Shown here one piece after another: positions 25,065-38,395 of a stretch of DNA of 64,000 nucleotides (position 1 is its first letter; every line of letters begins with the position of its first letter). The stretch comes from Octopus vulgaris (lineage: Eukaryota). The stretch lies in the NCBI GenBank assembly GCA_951406725.2, contig OX597824.1:58900001-58964000 (forward strand), in the 5' to 3' direction. The notes under the pieces were generated by a model that searched no databases, had not been told where the DNA came from, and worked only from the letters and a program-made list of their open reading frames with translations. Both the position numbers and the translations under genes were made by a program.

Positions 25065-25068
<4 letters not shown>
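24765..25068 (-). mobile_element. tRNA-derived SINE (paralog of 44290)
   Basis: Reverse complement of the ggcccagtggttaggg..gattcccagacc family; head atggaggcgcaatggcctagtggttagg. Confidence 0.85.
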
Positions 25069-25122
<54 letters not shown>

Positions 25123-25164
25123 TGTATGTATGTATGTATGTATGTATATATGTATGTATGTATG

Positions 25165-25225
<61 letters not shown>

Positions 25226-25228
<3 letters not shown>

Positions 25229-25663
25229 TTCAGTAAAAATTTTGATTCCGATGAATAATGTACTCAAGTTGAGGCACCAGAATTTAGTATGGTATTATCC
25301 AGATAATTTAAAATGAGGCGATTATAATCAAAATAAGCAACAAGGATATCCAGGGGTAATGCAGTACGATCGTTTCATGCGACTCCATTTAATTGAACAA
25401 TGCAAACATTACATCAATTTAAAATGTAGAGCAATCTTCAGCTGCACAAAAGACATAGAATTTAATTAAATTTGAAAGATACATTAGTATAATTTTATCC
25501 AAAATCTCCAAGAGGATAAGGAGTTAAACAAATTGTACTCTTTTTGTGTAGAAAGCACTACATTTTAAATTGATGAAATGTTTGTATTGTTCAATTAAAT
25601 GGAGTCGCATGAAACGATCGTACTGCATTACCTCTGGATATCTTTGTTGCTTATTTTGATTAT
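25226..25663. mobile_element. Fold-back PLE-derived element in (TA)n
   Basis: Left tail, arms about 25324-25432 / 25555-25663, ~120-bp spacer. Confidence 0.85.
25359..25447 (-). ncRNA. Type-I hammerhead ribozyme (minus strand)
   Basis: Reverse complement reads gtgcag CTGAAGA ttgc..gcat GAAAC gatc GTA ctgcat. Confidence 0.72.
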
Positions 25664-25665
25664 GT

Positions 25666-25711
<46 letters not shown>

Positions 25712-25734
25712 GGGTATGTATGTATGTATCTATG

Positions 25735-25776
<42 letters not shown>

Positions 25777-25939
25777 AAATCACAGATATTATTGACACAC
25801 ACTTTTGCATTTATTGTTTTATTTGTCCTTATAGTTCTTGTTATGTTACTATTGTTGTTCTTTGTTTTCTCTTCATTTTTCTCAGATCTATTCATTTATT
25901 CATTTATTTAAATAATCAACTATTTACATTTTGTCTTAC

Positions 25940-25986
<47 letters not shown>

Positions 25987-26722
25987 TATCTCACTAGCCT
26001 CATCTCTTTCTCCCCCTCTTTCATTCCCTCTCTGTCTCCTCCCACTTCTGTCTCTCTTTCCGCCTAACTCTCCTCCCTGCTCTGTCTTTCTGTCTTTGTG
26101 CCATTGAAAGCCAGACATACAGTACGATATCTCCCCTTCCACACCATCACCAGTACCCTCAGATCATGTTACCCCAGTATCCAATATCACCAAGCAAGAG
26201 GGGCTTTTCTAATGCCCTTTTCTTTTTATGTAATTTGCCTTCCCCTCACCCGCTTTCCCTTTGAAAATTATTGTTTAAGTTTTATGTATGTATATATGTA
26301 TATATGTATGTATGTACGTGTGTATGTATGTAGCTATGCATCTATGTATGTGTGTGTGCGTGTAATATATATATGTATATGCGTAATGTATGCATACATG
26401 AATGTATACATGTCTCCATGTATGTGTATATAATGTACGTTCGCATGTATGTATGTGTGTGTATATGTATCTTTTGTCTTTTACATGTTTCAGTCATTAC
26501 ATTGTGGCCATGCTGGGGCACCGCTTTGAAAAACTTTCAGTCGGTTGAATCAACTTCAGTACATTTTTCAACCTGATACTTATTTCGTTGGACCCTTTTC
26601 GCCGAGCCGTGATGTTAAAAGGACGTAAACACACCACCAGCAGTTGTCAAGTGGTGACAGAAGACCAACATAGACAAATGCACACACACGTGAATGTATG
26701 TATATATATATATATATATATA

Positions 26723-27145
26723 TTTGAGTAGTTGAATGAATTATCTTGTTAAGGATAATTCGGTTAACCGATACCTGGGTAGCAAATTCACATCAGATAA
26801 GACACGTTTGAAGTTACGTGCTTTCGTGTGGAAATTTGAATGTATTTTTTTTTAAATATAAATATATGAAAGAATGGAGTTGAACGACGAATTAACAAAA
26901 ATCTTTTATTTTCGACATATGTTTCGAAGGCTGCATATTCCTAATTGCGAAGGAATAAGGAGTATATTATGCCGCTTTCTCATCAGGAAAAGCAAGGAAC
27001 TTATGTCAACATCAAGATGCACAAAATACTTTTAGATGACTGCTCACACGGAGCTCATAGTGATAAACTTAAACAATAATCTTCGAAACATATGTCGAAA
27101 ATAAAGGAATTTTGTTAATTCGTCGTTCAACTCCATTCTTTCATA

Positions 27146-27150
<5 letters not shown>
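26723..27150. mobile_element. Fold-back PLE-derived element, same family as 23663
   Basis: Shared gggtagcaaattcac tail and aaagaatggagt..aacaaaa arm; arms 26860-26929 / 27081-27150. Confidence 0.85.
26909..26991 (-). ncRNA. Type-I hammerhead ribozyme (minus strand)
   Basis: Reverse complement reads ttttc CTGATGA gaaagc..gccttc GAAAC atat GTC gaaaa. Confidence 0.78.
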
Positions 27151-27192
<42 letters not shown>

Positions 27193-27444
27193 TGTATATA
27201 TATTCGACGGGCTTCTGTCAGTTTCCTTCTACCAAATCCATTCACAAGACCTTGCTCGACCCGAGGTACTAGTAAAAGATAATTGCCCAAGATGTCACAG
27301 AGTGGGACGGAACTGACAATCATGTGGTTGACACATTATGTATATAAACATATGTGTGTGTGTGTGTATGTATTTATATATACATATAAATGTACATCAA
27401 CTGGTGTATATGCTTATATAGCATATACACATAAAAAAAATACG

Positions 27445-27505
<61 letters not shown>

Positions 27506-27537
27506 TGATTCTGTTTGATAGTCATGGTAGTATTATA

Positions 27538-28974
27538 TCTCTCTATATATATAACACTGTGTGTCTGTCTGTCTGTCTGTGTGTTTCCCTAAAACTTGGG
27601 AACTACACAACCAATTTCATTGCCTAGGGCGAGCCCATAGCAATATCATATCTTCTTCACTATTTCAGTATTACGTGTTAAAAGTGAAACAAAAACATTT
27701 CTCTATTTTATGTCAGATACTTTCACTTTAACAATAAAAATTAGAGATAATAATAACAATTGAATTATATGTAGTAAGTGATAATTAAAATCAAACTAAA
27801 GTATAATATAATCGTAACATAACAAAAGTAAAAATAGCAATTGGTATAAAATTGCATCAATGACTTGAACTTGAATAAGTAGTTTCACATGAATGGGAGT
27901 AAATTAAAAATAAAATTAGTGTGCAGAAATGGAAGAGTCCAGATGGAGCTATGCACATACCCTTTACCACGGCTTTTACATTAGATTATTTGCTAATTAG
28001 CTAGCATTAAGTATATATATGAAGTTTGGCTGTATGTAATGTCTGTTTTCTCGAACAGCTGCTTCTACTGAGTACTGCTGTTGGTTTATTTATTATGCAT
28101 AAAGGACTATAGCTTCAACTGCGTACTGCTTTTTGATTCACCGTAAGATTTGTTGTTATTATTACTGTTTAACTATTGTTATCACGTTTGTTAGTTCCTC
28201 GTAAGGGAAACGTTGTTGTGTTGCATTTGTTAAATAATTGTAAACTGTAACCCTTCCCCTTTGGGAGAAGGAGCTTTGGTTATTGTTTAAAAATTGAATT
28301 GTGTCCCTGTTTGGAGAAATTGACAATATTTTCACCGTTTATACGGAAGCATTTTTGTTAGAATTCCTTCGATAGAAGAAAGTCCAAAAATGAATTTTGC
28401 TGCAGCCATCGGTGGGCGCGAACTCATTAAAATTAAAATGGAAGAAATACAAACCTATTTCGGATTGATCGCCGACAAAGACGGTGAATCTATGATAACA
28501 CCACCAAACGAAATAAAAAATTAAATTAAAGAAAAGACTATTGTCTATAAAGTATACAATGTAGAGAAAAAAAGATTTGAACACCTGGAGGAAAGCACCA
28601 TCGAAAAGTGTCTTGGTACGACTATGAAAGATATCAAGTATCTAACTAGAAGCGGTAAATTCGCAACAATAGAATCAAGGTTCGAGTCAACAGAGCGTAC
28701 AAGGGAGAACTCGACTCGAACCTTGCAAAGTGGAAATATTTTATTGTTACCTTTATATCTGGGACGTAGGACGTTCCGGATAAAAAATTAAAATGTCCCC
28801 GCCGAAGTAGAGGTAAGCTGGATTGTAGCCACACGTCTATACAAGAGGGAGGACAAGATACAATTGATCGAAATTGCAAGAGACGGGCCTACAATTCCAT
28901 TCTGTTATATATTTTGAGTATTGTTATCACTAGCGATATCAAGATATAACTTTGTATTTTGTATTTTATGTGTA

Positions 28975-29030
<56 letters not shown>

Positions 29031-29114
29031 TGTACATGTAATATGTAAACATATATATACACATACATACATGCACTAGCACTATGACCTGGGAACGACG
29101 GGTCATAATGCTAG
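27538..29114 (+). mobile_element. Probable non-autonomous Helitron
   Basis: 5' a|TCtctctatatatataa plus (TGTC)n; 3' hairpin tatgacctg..cgggtcata followed by CTAG|t. Confidence 0.5.
28340..28890 (+). mobile_element. Tx1/L1-type ORF1 fragment
   Basis: KFATIE..LLPLYLGRR..NVPAEVEVSW aligns with KFGTIEVRY..YRAQR..NVLPEISITW of the element at 32010. Confidence 0.6.
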
Positions 29115-29584
29115 TATACTATATATTTAAATATGTTATATATTACACTACTGAAAGTGTCAGATGTAGTATGAAGTTCACTGGTTCGCCAATCATACAC
29201 TGTACGTTCATCGACTTCTTTTTCTTCCATCATTTCCCCTGTTCCTTTTAGGTACTGAGTTAAGTTCCCGCGCATGTCAACTTTGTGTTTACCTTTCTTT
29301 GGCTTCAAAATCAAATAAAAATGTAGCCTTGTCTGCCATATCGAAAAATCAGTCTAGCATGAAACAAAATCGTTGAGGGAACTGGTAGCGCGTCAGGCAA
29401 ACTGCTTTCTGGAGGCTTTACAGCTGTATCTGAAATATAACTGAGGAGGAACCTTATCTTACATTTTACTGCGGGGTCCATAAAATAACAATTCGTATTG
29501 TACAGGGGTTAATTAAATTGAGTGACCTCCCCACTAATTTTCAGGCTTGGTGCCCTAGTGAGAATCATTATTTATTAGCACCAT

Positions 29585-29782
29585 GTCATTAGCACGCCGT
29601 GCAAAATGCTTAGAAATATTTCGTCCTACCCTAGTTTCTGAGTTCAAATGCCTCCGAGGTCGACTTTGCCTTTAATACTTCAAGGTCGAGAAAATAAGTA
29701 GCAGTTGAGCACTGGGATCGATGTAAATATCGACTAATCACCCTCCCCATAAATGTTAACACCTTGTGTATAAATAAGAAAC
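29585..29782 (+). mobile_element. Nin-like SINE
   Basis: gaggtcgactttgccttt..ggtcgagaaaataagtagcagttgagcactggg. Confidence 0.7.
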
Positions 29783-30249
29783 AACGGCGCTACTTTACTC
29801 TGTAGTCTATGTTCTTACTCTTTACCTTTCACCTTTACTCTCAATCACCATCAATATCGTTATATCACTGTCGTCATTATTATCGTCACCATCATCATCA
29901 TCATTACAACCACCAACACCGTCATCATCATTGTTGTAAGCATAATAATGTTTGGCGTTTTAGCTGTGATTGGTCGTCGTATATTACGTCATGTACTCAC
30001 TAATCGTCGTAGATATTTTTATTGCAGGTTGTTCCAGATAATCCAACAAGAGGAACAGCTGCGACAATTGTAACAGTGACATCAACACCTTGCTCACTCA
30101 CTACCGATACTCAACTGCCAGTCTTATCACCTTCATACACTAAAACATCAAATCTTACACGAATTCTTCACCAACATCAAAAAAGCCAGCTGCATCAACG
30201 ATATCGTTACATGAGCGACAATGATAGCAAAACGTGCATTTAACGCTAT

Positions 30250-30695
30250 TACTATAACAAGAACCAGCTGTGTGATACTTAAAACCATAACTGCAATAAC
30301 AGCCAGGTGACAATTACAGCCACCACCACAGTGACATCCAAACGAGTGACCCTTATTACATTTACAGCAATGACAGCAAGCTGAGTGATACTAACAATCA
30401 TCACTACAATAACAGACAAACTGAGTAACCCCTATCGCCATTACGTCCATGACAGCCAGCTGAGTGGTACTTACAACCATCACTACAATGACACAACCAT
30501 CACTAAAACGAAAGCCAGTCGAGTGATCCTTATCATCATTGCGACAATGATGGCCAACTTAGCGATACATACAACCATCACTAAAATGACAGCTAATCGA
30601 GTGACGCTTACCGCCATCACGACAATGACAGCCAGCTGATACTTCCTATCATTATCACACCGACAGTCAAATGAGTGATACCGTTATTACAAAGA
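30250..30695. repeat. Degenerate minisatellite, ~35-40-bp unit
   Basis: Recurring gagtgata..accatcactacaatgacagccagct. Confidence 0.75.
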
Positions 30696-31190
30696 CCAGA
30701 CCCGACTAACCAGGAGACAAGAGCGCCTCTCTCTGATTCCGCACCTCCTCCTCCCCCTCTCTCGCTCATTCTCTCTCTCTCACTAACTCTTTCTCTCTCT
30801 CTTACTCCCTCTCACACTCACTCTGTCCCTCTCTTTCTCTTCTCTCTTTCCGTCTCTTTCTCTTTGTATCTCTCTTCCCGTCTCTCTCCCCACTCTTTCC
30901 CCCTCTTTTTATCTGTTCTAGAAATTTAAAAACCTCCTCATCACCATCATTACTTCATCATGATTACTATTACTATTCCGATAACATCTTCATCACACAA
31001 TCATCCCCGTTCCATCACCACCGTCACTCCACTGCACCAGTACGAAAACAAAACTAGGAATTCCATATCAACAGTCGTGTTAACATGACTATAAATATTT
31101 ACCACCACCAATACCAACACCACCAAGAGACTTTTGGCCTCTACAAAAATATGCACACATATACACATACATAGAATTGTATACACACAC

Positions 31191-31242
<52 letters not shown>

Positions 31243-31399
31243 GTATTTATGTATGCATACTTTCATGCACAAGGAGTTATATACAAATACGCGCTTACAT
31301 ATTATATATGTTGTTGTTGTTGTTGTGGGTGTTGGTTCTGCTGTTGTTTTTATTATTATTATAATTTTTATTATTTATTTATTTATTTATTCATTCATT

Positions 31400-31856
31400 G
31401 CCTTTGCACAGCTTCTAACACTGGAGATGTTCTACAGTGTCAGTTGTTCACTACCAGTGAACTAAGGTAACACCTCATATTTGGCTTTCTACCCTCCACG
31501 AGCACCTTCCGGAGTATTCGAGCGGTTCCAATCAGTGCTGTTTTCTGCAAGTGCCCCACCCTTATTGCAGCCTTATTTGTTCCACGTACTTCTCGAGATT
31601 GCTCACTGTTCTCAGGGCTCCGACAATTATAGGTACTACTGCTCCCTTTTTCATCGATCACAACTGCTTAACTTCCCAAGCTAACCTGTCATATCTCTCG
31701 ACTTTTCTTTCTTCCTTATGCCATACTTTATTGGCAGCTGACGTGCTATGTCTATGATCGAGCATAGTTTGTCTTCTTTCTCAATTAAGATTATGTCCGG
31801 CTTCTTATTCTCAATCTCATGATCGCACTGAATCATAGAATCCTATAGGATCTTTG
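31400..31856 (-). mobile_element. Dong/R4-like RLE 3' fragment
   Basis: KPDIILIEK, LQKTALIGTARILRKVL; abuts (ATT)n/(AGT)n. Confidence 0.8.
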
Positions 31857-31857
31857 C

Positions 31858-31939
<82 letters not shown>

Positions 31940-31940
31940 G

Positions 31941-32009
<69 letters not shown>
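31858..32009. repeat. (ATT)n(AGT)n(GGT)n compound microsatellite
   Basis: Direct reading. Confidence 0.96.
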
Positions 32010-35000
32010 CCGAGAAAAGAAGTTTGGAACCATTGAGGTGAGATATGGGACAGAAGAAGAAGCTAAATGTGATTATGCAACAACTTTGAACAATGACTAT
32101 TTTTTCTTAATCTCCAGCTATCGCGCCCAACGCCTTGCAAAGATTAGGGTGCTGAATGTGCTACCAGAAATATCCATTACCTGGTTTAGTGATGACCGTC
32201 TTGACAGGTTTAAAAGAAGACGAAGTCACAATACTGGACGTCAAGAAACTACCTAAGCAAAAGTGGTTAGGTATAGGTATGGAACTGACCATGCAATACA
32301 AGCAGGACCATATAGACCAGCTGCCCGATTTAATCGATCTCCCGAATGGCACTCATCTGTCAGTGTTCGTGGAGGGTAGAAAGCCAAAATGCCATAAATG
32401 TGAATCTGTAGAACACTTAAATGTTTCTTTCCTGAAACAAAAAAAATGAAGTCTCACCACAACCAATATTACAAGTACCACAAGTGCAAAATCATAAACA
32501 AGTGCACAAGACTCCTACACCTTCTCCCACAACCCAAGGACAGACTCCTTCTTAAAACGCCGTAGGACGTTAATAAAACCATGACAGAAAAATTCCCAGG
32601 AAGTATGGGCATTTAAAAAAATCTATTGATAAAAGACTGTTGGAAGGTCTTTTAAAACATTTTTGCCAGTAGAGAAGCTCGAACTTCTGGGTTTCTCGAA
32701 AACCAATGTGAGTAACTTCCTCATTTTATTTCTCTGACTACCATCCATTTTCGAAGACTACGAGGTATTCTCATCTTGTGGTCTATTGGGAGCAGATGGT
32801 GGTGTCGCAGATCTACCTTGGAAATGTTTAGATCGCTCAGTGCGGGCTATCTTCCTGGATCCGGGTGTATGTTCGTGATCCTGGACGTGAATGGCAGTGA
32901 AGGTGGCACCTTGAGACTAGTGGCGGTCTATTCCCAAAAGGGGGCTGAAAAGTCAGATTTCTTCAGGCTCCTAGAAACATTCTTGGGAACGTCTCGCACT
33001 TTAGTACTAGTGGGGAACTGGTATAGTATTTTGGACGCACGAAAGCACTGTGTGGGTTTAGTACATAGCAGAAGGAGGTGTAAAAGCCTTGAAAACCTAC
33101 TCAGGACTTACCAGCTTTCTGACTGATACCGACTGGATTTCTCTGATGTGCCAGTGTAGACATGGAGCAACCACAGCGGGTCATCCAGATCGTATTTAGA
33201 TAGAGTATTTCTTAAGTCGGAGGATAAGGATAATCCGATTACAACCTCTGAAATACAGGAGGTGATGACCAACTGCACAAGTCGCAAATCGCCCGGTTTG
33301 GATGGTCTGCCCTACGAATTCTGTTTCCATGCCAGATTTGTTTAGCAGCCTCTTGGCAGATATCTACAGTAACTAGTAGCAGAACGGGAGAGTTCTTAGT
33401 GCTGTCATCCAGGGTGTAGTAACACTGCTGGGAAAGGATGTCGACAATGGGGACGTGTTAGGGGCTTTTCGGCCCATAACTCTGCTAAACACAGAGTTTA
33501 AGATTTTGGCCACAGTGTTAGTGAAAAGGTTGGTGCTTGCCGTTGGTAGTCTGGCCAGGGAGGCACAAACGTGTGCAATCCCGAGCAGGTCTATCCACGA
33601 CAACCTCCACCTTATGCGATACATCGTAGAGAGGACTGGGACTAAAGCTGGCTTCGGTGGAGCCTTGATCAATTTAGATCAGTCAAAATCTTTCGATAGG
33701 GTAGACCATCGCTACTTAGAAGCTGTCCTTAAAGCGGCCGGTTTCAGACCCGTTTCCTGAGGCTGGATTGCTGCAATGCACAGCGGCACCGGCTTGGTGG
33801 TCAAAGTAAATGGTCATCTATCGGAACAGTTTAGTATCACACGTTCGGTCCGTCAGTGCTGCCCGCTGTCGCCTCTCCTCTATGTGCTGGCTCTCGAGCC
33901 ACTGTTGCAGAAGTTGCAACAGTTAAGAGGCTTCCCTTTCGAAATTGGACTAAGGAGGGTAGTGTCTGCATAAGCGTACGTCACCGTCATGATGTCGGAC
34001 GCCTCCGAAGTGAAAACCGTTGGCTCCATTGTAAAGGAATAAGTGTCGGTTGCTGGGGCTAAAGCCAATGTCGACAAGTCGGTGGGATTGCAACTGGACA
34101 CCTGGAGAGGCAGATCGATGTCGTCGGACGCTGGACTGACAGACCAATTAAACTGCTCGGGATCTGGTTTGATCCCCGACTTCCTAGGTGGATAAGAATT
34201 GGGAAGAGGTGACAACAGGGTGACCTCTCTTACTCAGAAATAGGCAGAGAGAAAGGTGTCCCTGAAAGGTCGAGCAAAGGTGGCGAATGCCTACATTGCT
34301 CTGTCATTGTCTGACCGTTGTGCCTTGCTTGATTAGATTGGAGCGTATCTTGTTTATTTTCTTGTGGAAAGGACGCGTTCTAGTGGTCAATCTGGTGCCA
34401 ACTTCTTTTGCGTGACAGCTTAGGATTTTAATTCGCAGACACGCACTTAGGTTGCACCACCTGCATCGATTTCTAGAAGGTGAACGTGCGTGGGCTCCGT
34501 TTGTGAGACAGCTTTCCGCAGATCGTCTCCTTGACGGATCTGCAGTCTTGAGTAAAGGATAGGCCGAGAAAAGGCGCCTGGCCCTTTTGAATGCCGTCAG
34601 GCGCTCACTGTCCTCTACAAGTCGGGAAACTGGATCGGTGGGTGTTCCACTTTAGATATTTATAGAAGATTAGTAGCAGGAAAGTGCGACGACATCCTCG
34701 GGATGACCCTACGCGTCAACGAAGACGAGCTGGTAAGTCTATTCTGGAGGTGTTACCGGTTGGGGACTGTTATGGATAATTTCTAGATGTCTTTGACCTG
34801 ACAGGGCAACCGGGGGGGAGGGGCGCTACCGATTCGAGATAAGCTCTACAGACACGGTTGTGCTGTTAGATGGGCTTTTCCGAGGTGCTCGCAGAGCGAC
34901 GAAACCGTTTTGCATGCACTCGTTCACTGTCCAGACATTGCTGACTTGTGAAGTTATACTGTCGCGTGTAGGACAGATCCGTTTGTCGTCCGAGTTCATA

Positions 35001-35485
35001 ACGATGATAGCCCCGCCGCCTCCTTTAATCGGAGTGGCGAGGCAGTTTTCCTTTGTCTAGTGGCTGCGGCAAAAGAGGCTATCTGGTGGACGAGGTTAAA
35101 AGGAATGAGACAGAAACATACCTCTTTGGTGAAACCCTCATCGTCTTTTTCAAGTTTCACTTCAAAAAGAAACTGGGGGTGGAGAATGAGGTGCTGTCCT
35201 CGAGTGAATTTATCAAAAAGTGGGTGAAAGTTGCAAAAATGGCAAGAGTGGATGGTATCAGTGTAAAACTGTGAGTCGGAAGATAGAAGTTGGAGTGGGC
35301 TCTTGTTCTTGTTACTGCAGGTGGAAGGTGGGGTTCCTTCATTATCCCTAGAGGATCTTCAAATGCACACCATGTATAGTTTTTATTTTATCATTCCATT
35401 ATATGTAACCCTCCACCCCACACACACACTGTCTGTTTTTGTATTGTCTCCTCATCCTTCACCCTGTTGGCAAATAGAAGAAACC
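32010..35485 (+). mobile_element. Tx1/L1-clade LINE, decayed (ORF1 knuckle, APE endonuclease, RT)
   Basis: VEGRKPKCHKCESVEH; LRLVAVYS..LVLVGNW, SRSYLDRVF; KSPGLDGLPYEF, FRPITLLNTEFKIL, LDQSKSFDRVDH, RSVRQCCPLSPLLY; (ATT)n tail. Confidence 0.9.
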
Positions 35486-35641
<156 letters not shown>

Positions 35642-36085
35642 GAGTGAGAGAGCAGTGCATGCCATCAAAGTGGCACTGGGGTAAAATATACGAAGCCCAG
35701 TATACCCATCATGACTACCCGACTGATAAGGTTACACCAGGCACATGCATCACAACCATATGTGCGCGACATGGTGATCTCATATCAAGATAAACAGCGC
35801 ATGACCTTGCGGGTGGGACCCAGTTAGAATTTTCTTCTGGTCGAGTAACCCATCCCGCTCAAAAGGTCCCTGAATAAGGGTTGTTTAAGGATGTTAAATG
35901 AAACACTCAGGCTTCCAGAGGTGATTTATTCAAGCCCCAAAGAATCCCTCTCAACACATGGCTATGAAGCTCCCCCACTACTTTTGATCGTGATCAGAGA
36001 TGCACATATCGTCATCCACTAAGGGACATGCTCAACTAGTTATGGTCAAACAACTGACAAGCAAATCTGTGGTATTAAGCAGAAT
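35642..36085. mobile_element. ~540-bp non-coding interspersed repeat, truncated copy
   Basis: High identity to 39239-39780 and, inverted, to 62775-63265. Confidence 0.85.
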
Positions 36086-36114
36086 GTTGTTGTTGTTGTT
36101 GTTGTTGTTGTTTT

Positions 36115-36318
36115 GCAGAATCGTTAGCACGCCAGGCAAAATACTTAGCAGTATTTTGCTAGTCGCTACGATCTGACTTCAGATTCCTCCGTGGTCGACT
36201 TTACCTTTCATCCTTTTGCGGTCGATAAATTAAATACAAGTGAAATATTGGGGTCGACGTAATCGACTAGCTCCTCCCCAAATATTTCAGGCCTTACACC
36301 TATAGTATAAAGGATTAT
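36115..36318 (+). mobile_element. Nin-like SINE
   Basis: gcagaatcgttagcacgcc..gtcgactttacctttcatcctttt..gtcgataaat. Confidence 0.75.
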
Positions 36319-36399
36319 CATTATTATTCCTTCGTAACACAGCGTAGGTAAAAATGCACCGGAGTATTTAGCCATCTGTCAAATCACAGAAGGACTTCT

Positions 36400-37264
36400 G
36401 ACAGATAATACTTTGTGCAAGGCTCTCACATTCACTTACGAAGTGGGTTACATTTTCCATACTCTTTCCAAAGAGTCTGCATTTCTGGGTGTCAGAAGTT
36501 TTATAGATGGTATACTTCACTGAATTAGTAGCGAGAGTCTGGTCTTATGCAGCAATGATCGGGCTTTCGGTGGTGCGCTTCAAATCACCTCGCTCAAGCC
36601 ATGACCACGATGCGTTTTCCATTCAAACTGTCCATGCATCCCCATTTCCTTTCAAACTGTGTATTCCTTTCAAACTGTCCACGCATGTGAAGATACACAC
36701 ACACTCTATCGTGGCGGTACTTGTATTCTTTTTGTGCAAGGCTTCCATATCCCCTTACGAAGTGGGTCACATTTTCCACACTCATTCCACAGAGTCTGCA
36801 TCTCTGGGTGTCAGAAGTTTTATAGATGTTATGCTTCACTGAATTGGTAGCGAGAGTCTGGGCTTGTGCAGCAATAATCAGGTATTCGGTGGTATGCTTC
36901 AAATCACCTCGCTCAAGCCAGGCCTACTATGCTGTATTATCTTTAACGTGTTGTGTATTCCTTTCAAACTGTCCATGCATTCTCATTTCAAGAAGGTTTG
37001 CTTTTCTCTTCTCCTCAGCTCTTTGGTTAAACTCTTGCTTGCCCATCATTTCATCTGCATTTACACCCATACTTTTCGCGGCATATTGCAGCAAGTCTTC
37101 ATCACTATTTATCAAATATTCGGGAGGCGTTCTCCTTTCACTCCTTATACAATGGTCTATACTAATTAGTCCTCTGCCACCATTCTTTCTTTTCATATAC
37201 AGTCTGTTTATGTTTGCTTTAGGGTGTAGCGCCCCATGAAGTGTCATCAACTTTCGCATACTTC

Positions 37265-37265
<1 letters not shown>
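36400..37265 (-). mobile_element. Dong/R4-like fragment with duplicated zinc-knuckle region
   Basis: RKLMTLHGALHPKANINRLYMKRKNGGRGL; AAQAQTLATN..CRLCG..ENVTH..RHD present twice (about 36420-36650 and 36700-36980). Confidence 0.85.
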
Positions 37266-37351
<86 letters not shown>

Positions 37352-37374
37352 CATCATCATCATCATCATCATCA

Positions 37375-37433
<59 letters not shown>

Positions 37434-37439
37434 TAGTTT

Positions 37440-38001
37440 TATTTTTATAGCGTACTTTCACTTCACTACCGAGCGCAGCTCTGTGTGCCTTGGGTATGTG
37501 CTGTGATTTGTTGTGATGCTCTGATGGTTATTGTATGGAAAGTGTTCTGCGTAGGATGTGTGCAGTGCCTAGTAGTGCAATTTTCTGTATTTATATGTGT
37601 TTGTAAGTCCTGGTGTTTTTGTTATGTATTTGTCTGAATATTTTTTTATCATGCCTAATGGACCTACTATGATAGGAATTGTTTCTGTTTTCAGATTCCA
37701 CATTCTAGTTACCTCTATTTCCAGGTCTTTGTATTTTGAGAGTTTCTCCATTTCTTTTAGAGACACGTTGTCATCTGTCGGTATTGATACATCAATTAGA
37801 AAGCATTTTTTTCTTCATGATCTCTGACAACTATATCTGGTCTGTTGGCCTTAATTTCTCTATCTGTGTGTATCGGCATATCCCAGAGTATGGTTGCTTT
37901 CTCGTTTTCTGTGACCTTTTCTGGTGTGTGCCTATACCATCTTTTTTCTGTTGTTATTCCATAATGTTGGCATAGCTTCCAATGTATGTAGGTTCCAACT
38001 C
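37440..38001 (-). mobile_element. Dong/R4-like 3' end, close paralog of 139-700, embedded in (ATT)n
   Basis: ILWDMPIHTDREIKANRPDIVV, EKLSKYKDLEIE; (ATT)n on both sides. Confidence 0.92.
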
Positions 38002-38061
<60 letters not shown>

Positions 38062-38086
38062 GGTTCCAACTCTTATTATTATAACA

Positions 38087-38184
<98 letters not shown>

Positions 38185-38185
<1 letters not shown>

Positions 38186-38395
38186 GGTAGTGAGCTGGCA
38201 GAATATTTGTCTCGACGAGCGAAAATGCTTCGCGGAATTTCGGCCGTCCTTACGCTCTGATTTCAAATACTGCTGTAATCGACTTTGCCTTTCATTCTTT
38301 CGAGGTCGAAAAAATAAATATCAGTCAAGCCCTGATGTCCATGTAATCGACTTACCCCTACTCCGAAATTGCAGGAATTGTGCTTATAGTAGAAA
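38185..38395 (+). mobile_element. Nin-like SINE
   Basis: aaggtagtgagctggcagaat..tcgactttgcctttcattctttcgaggtcgaaaaaata. Confidence 0.75.
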
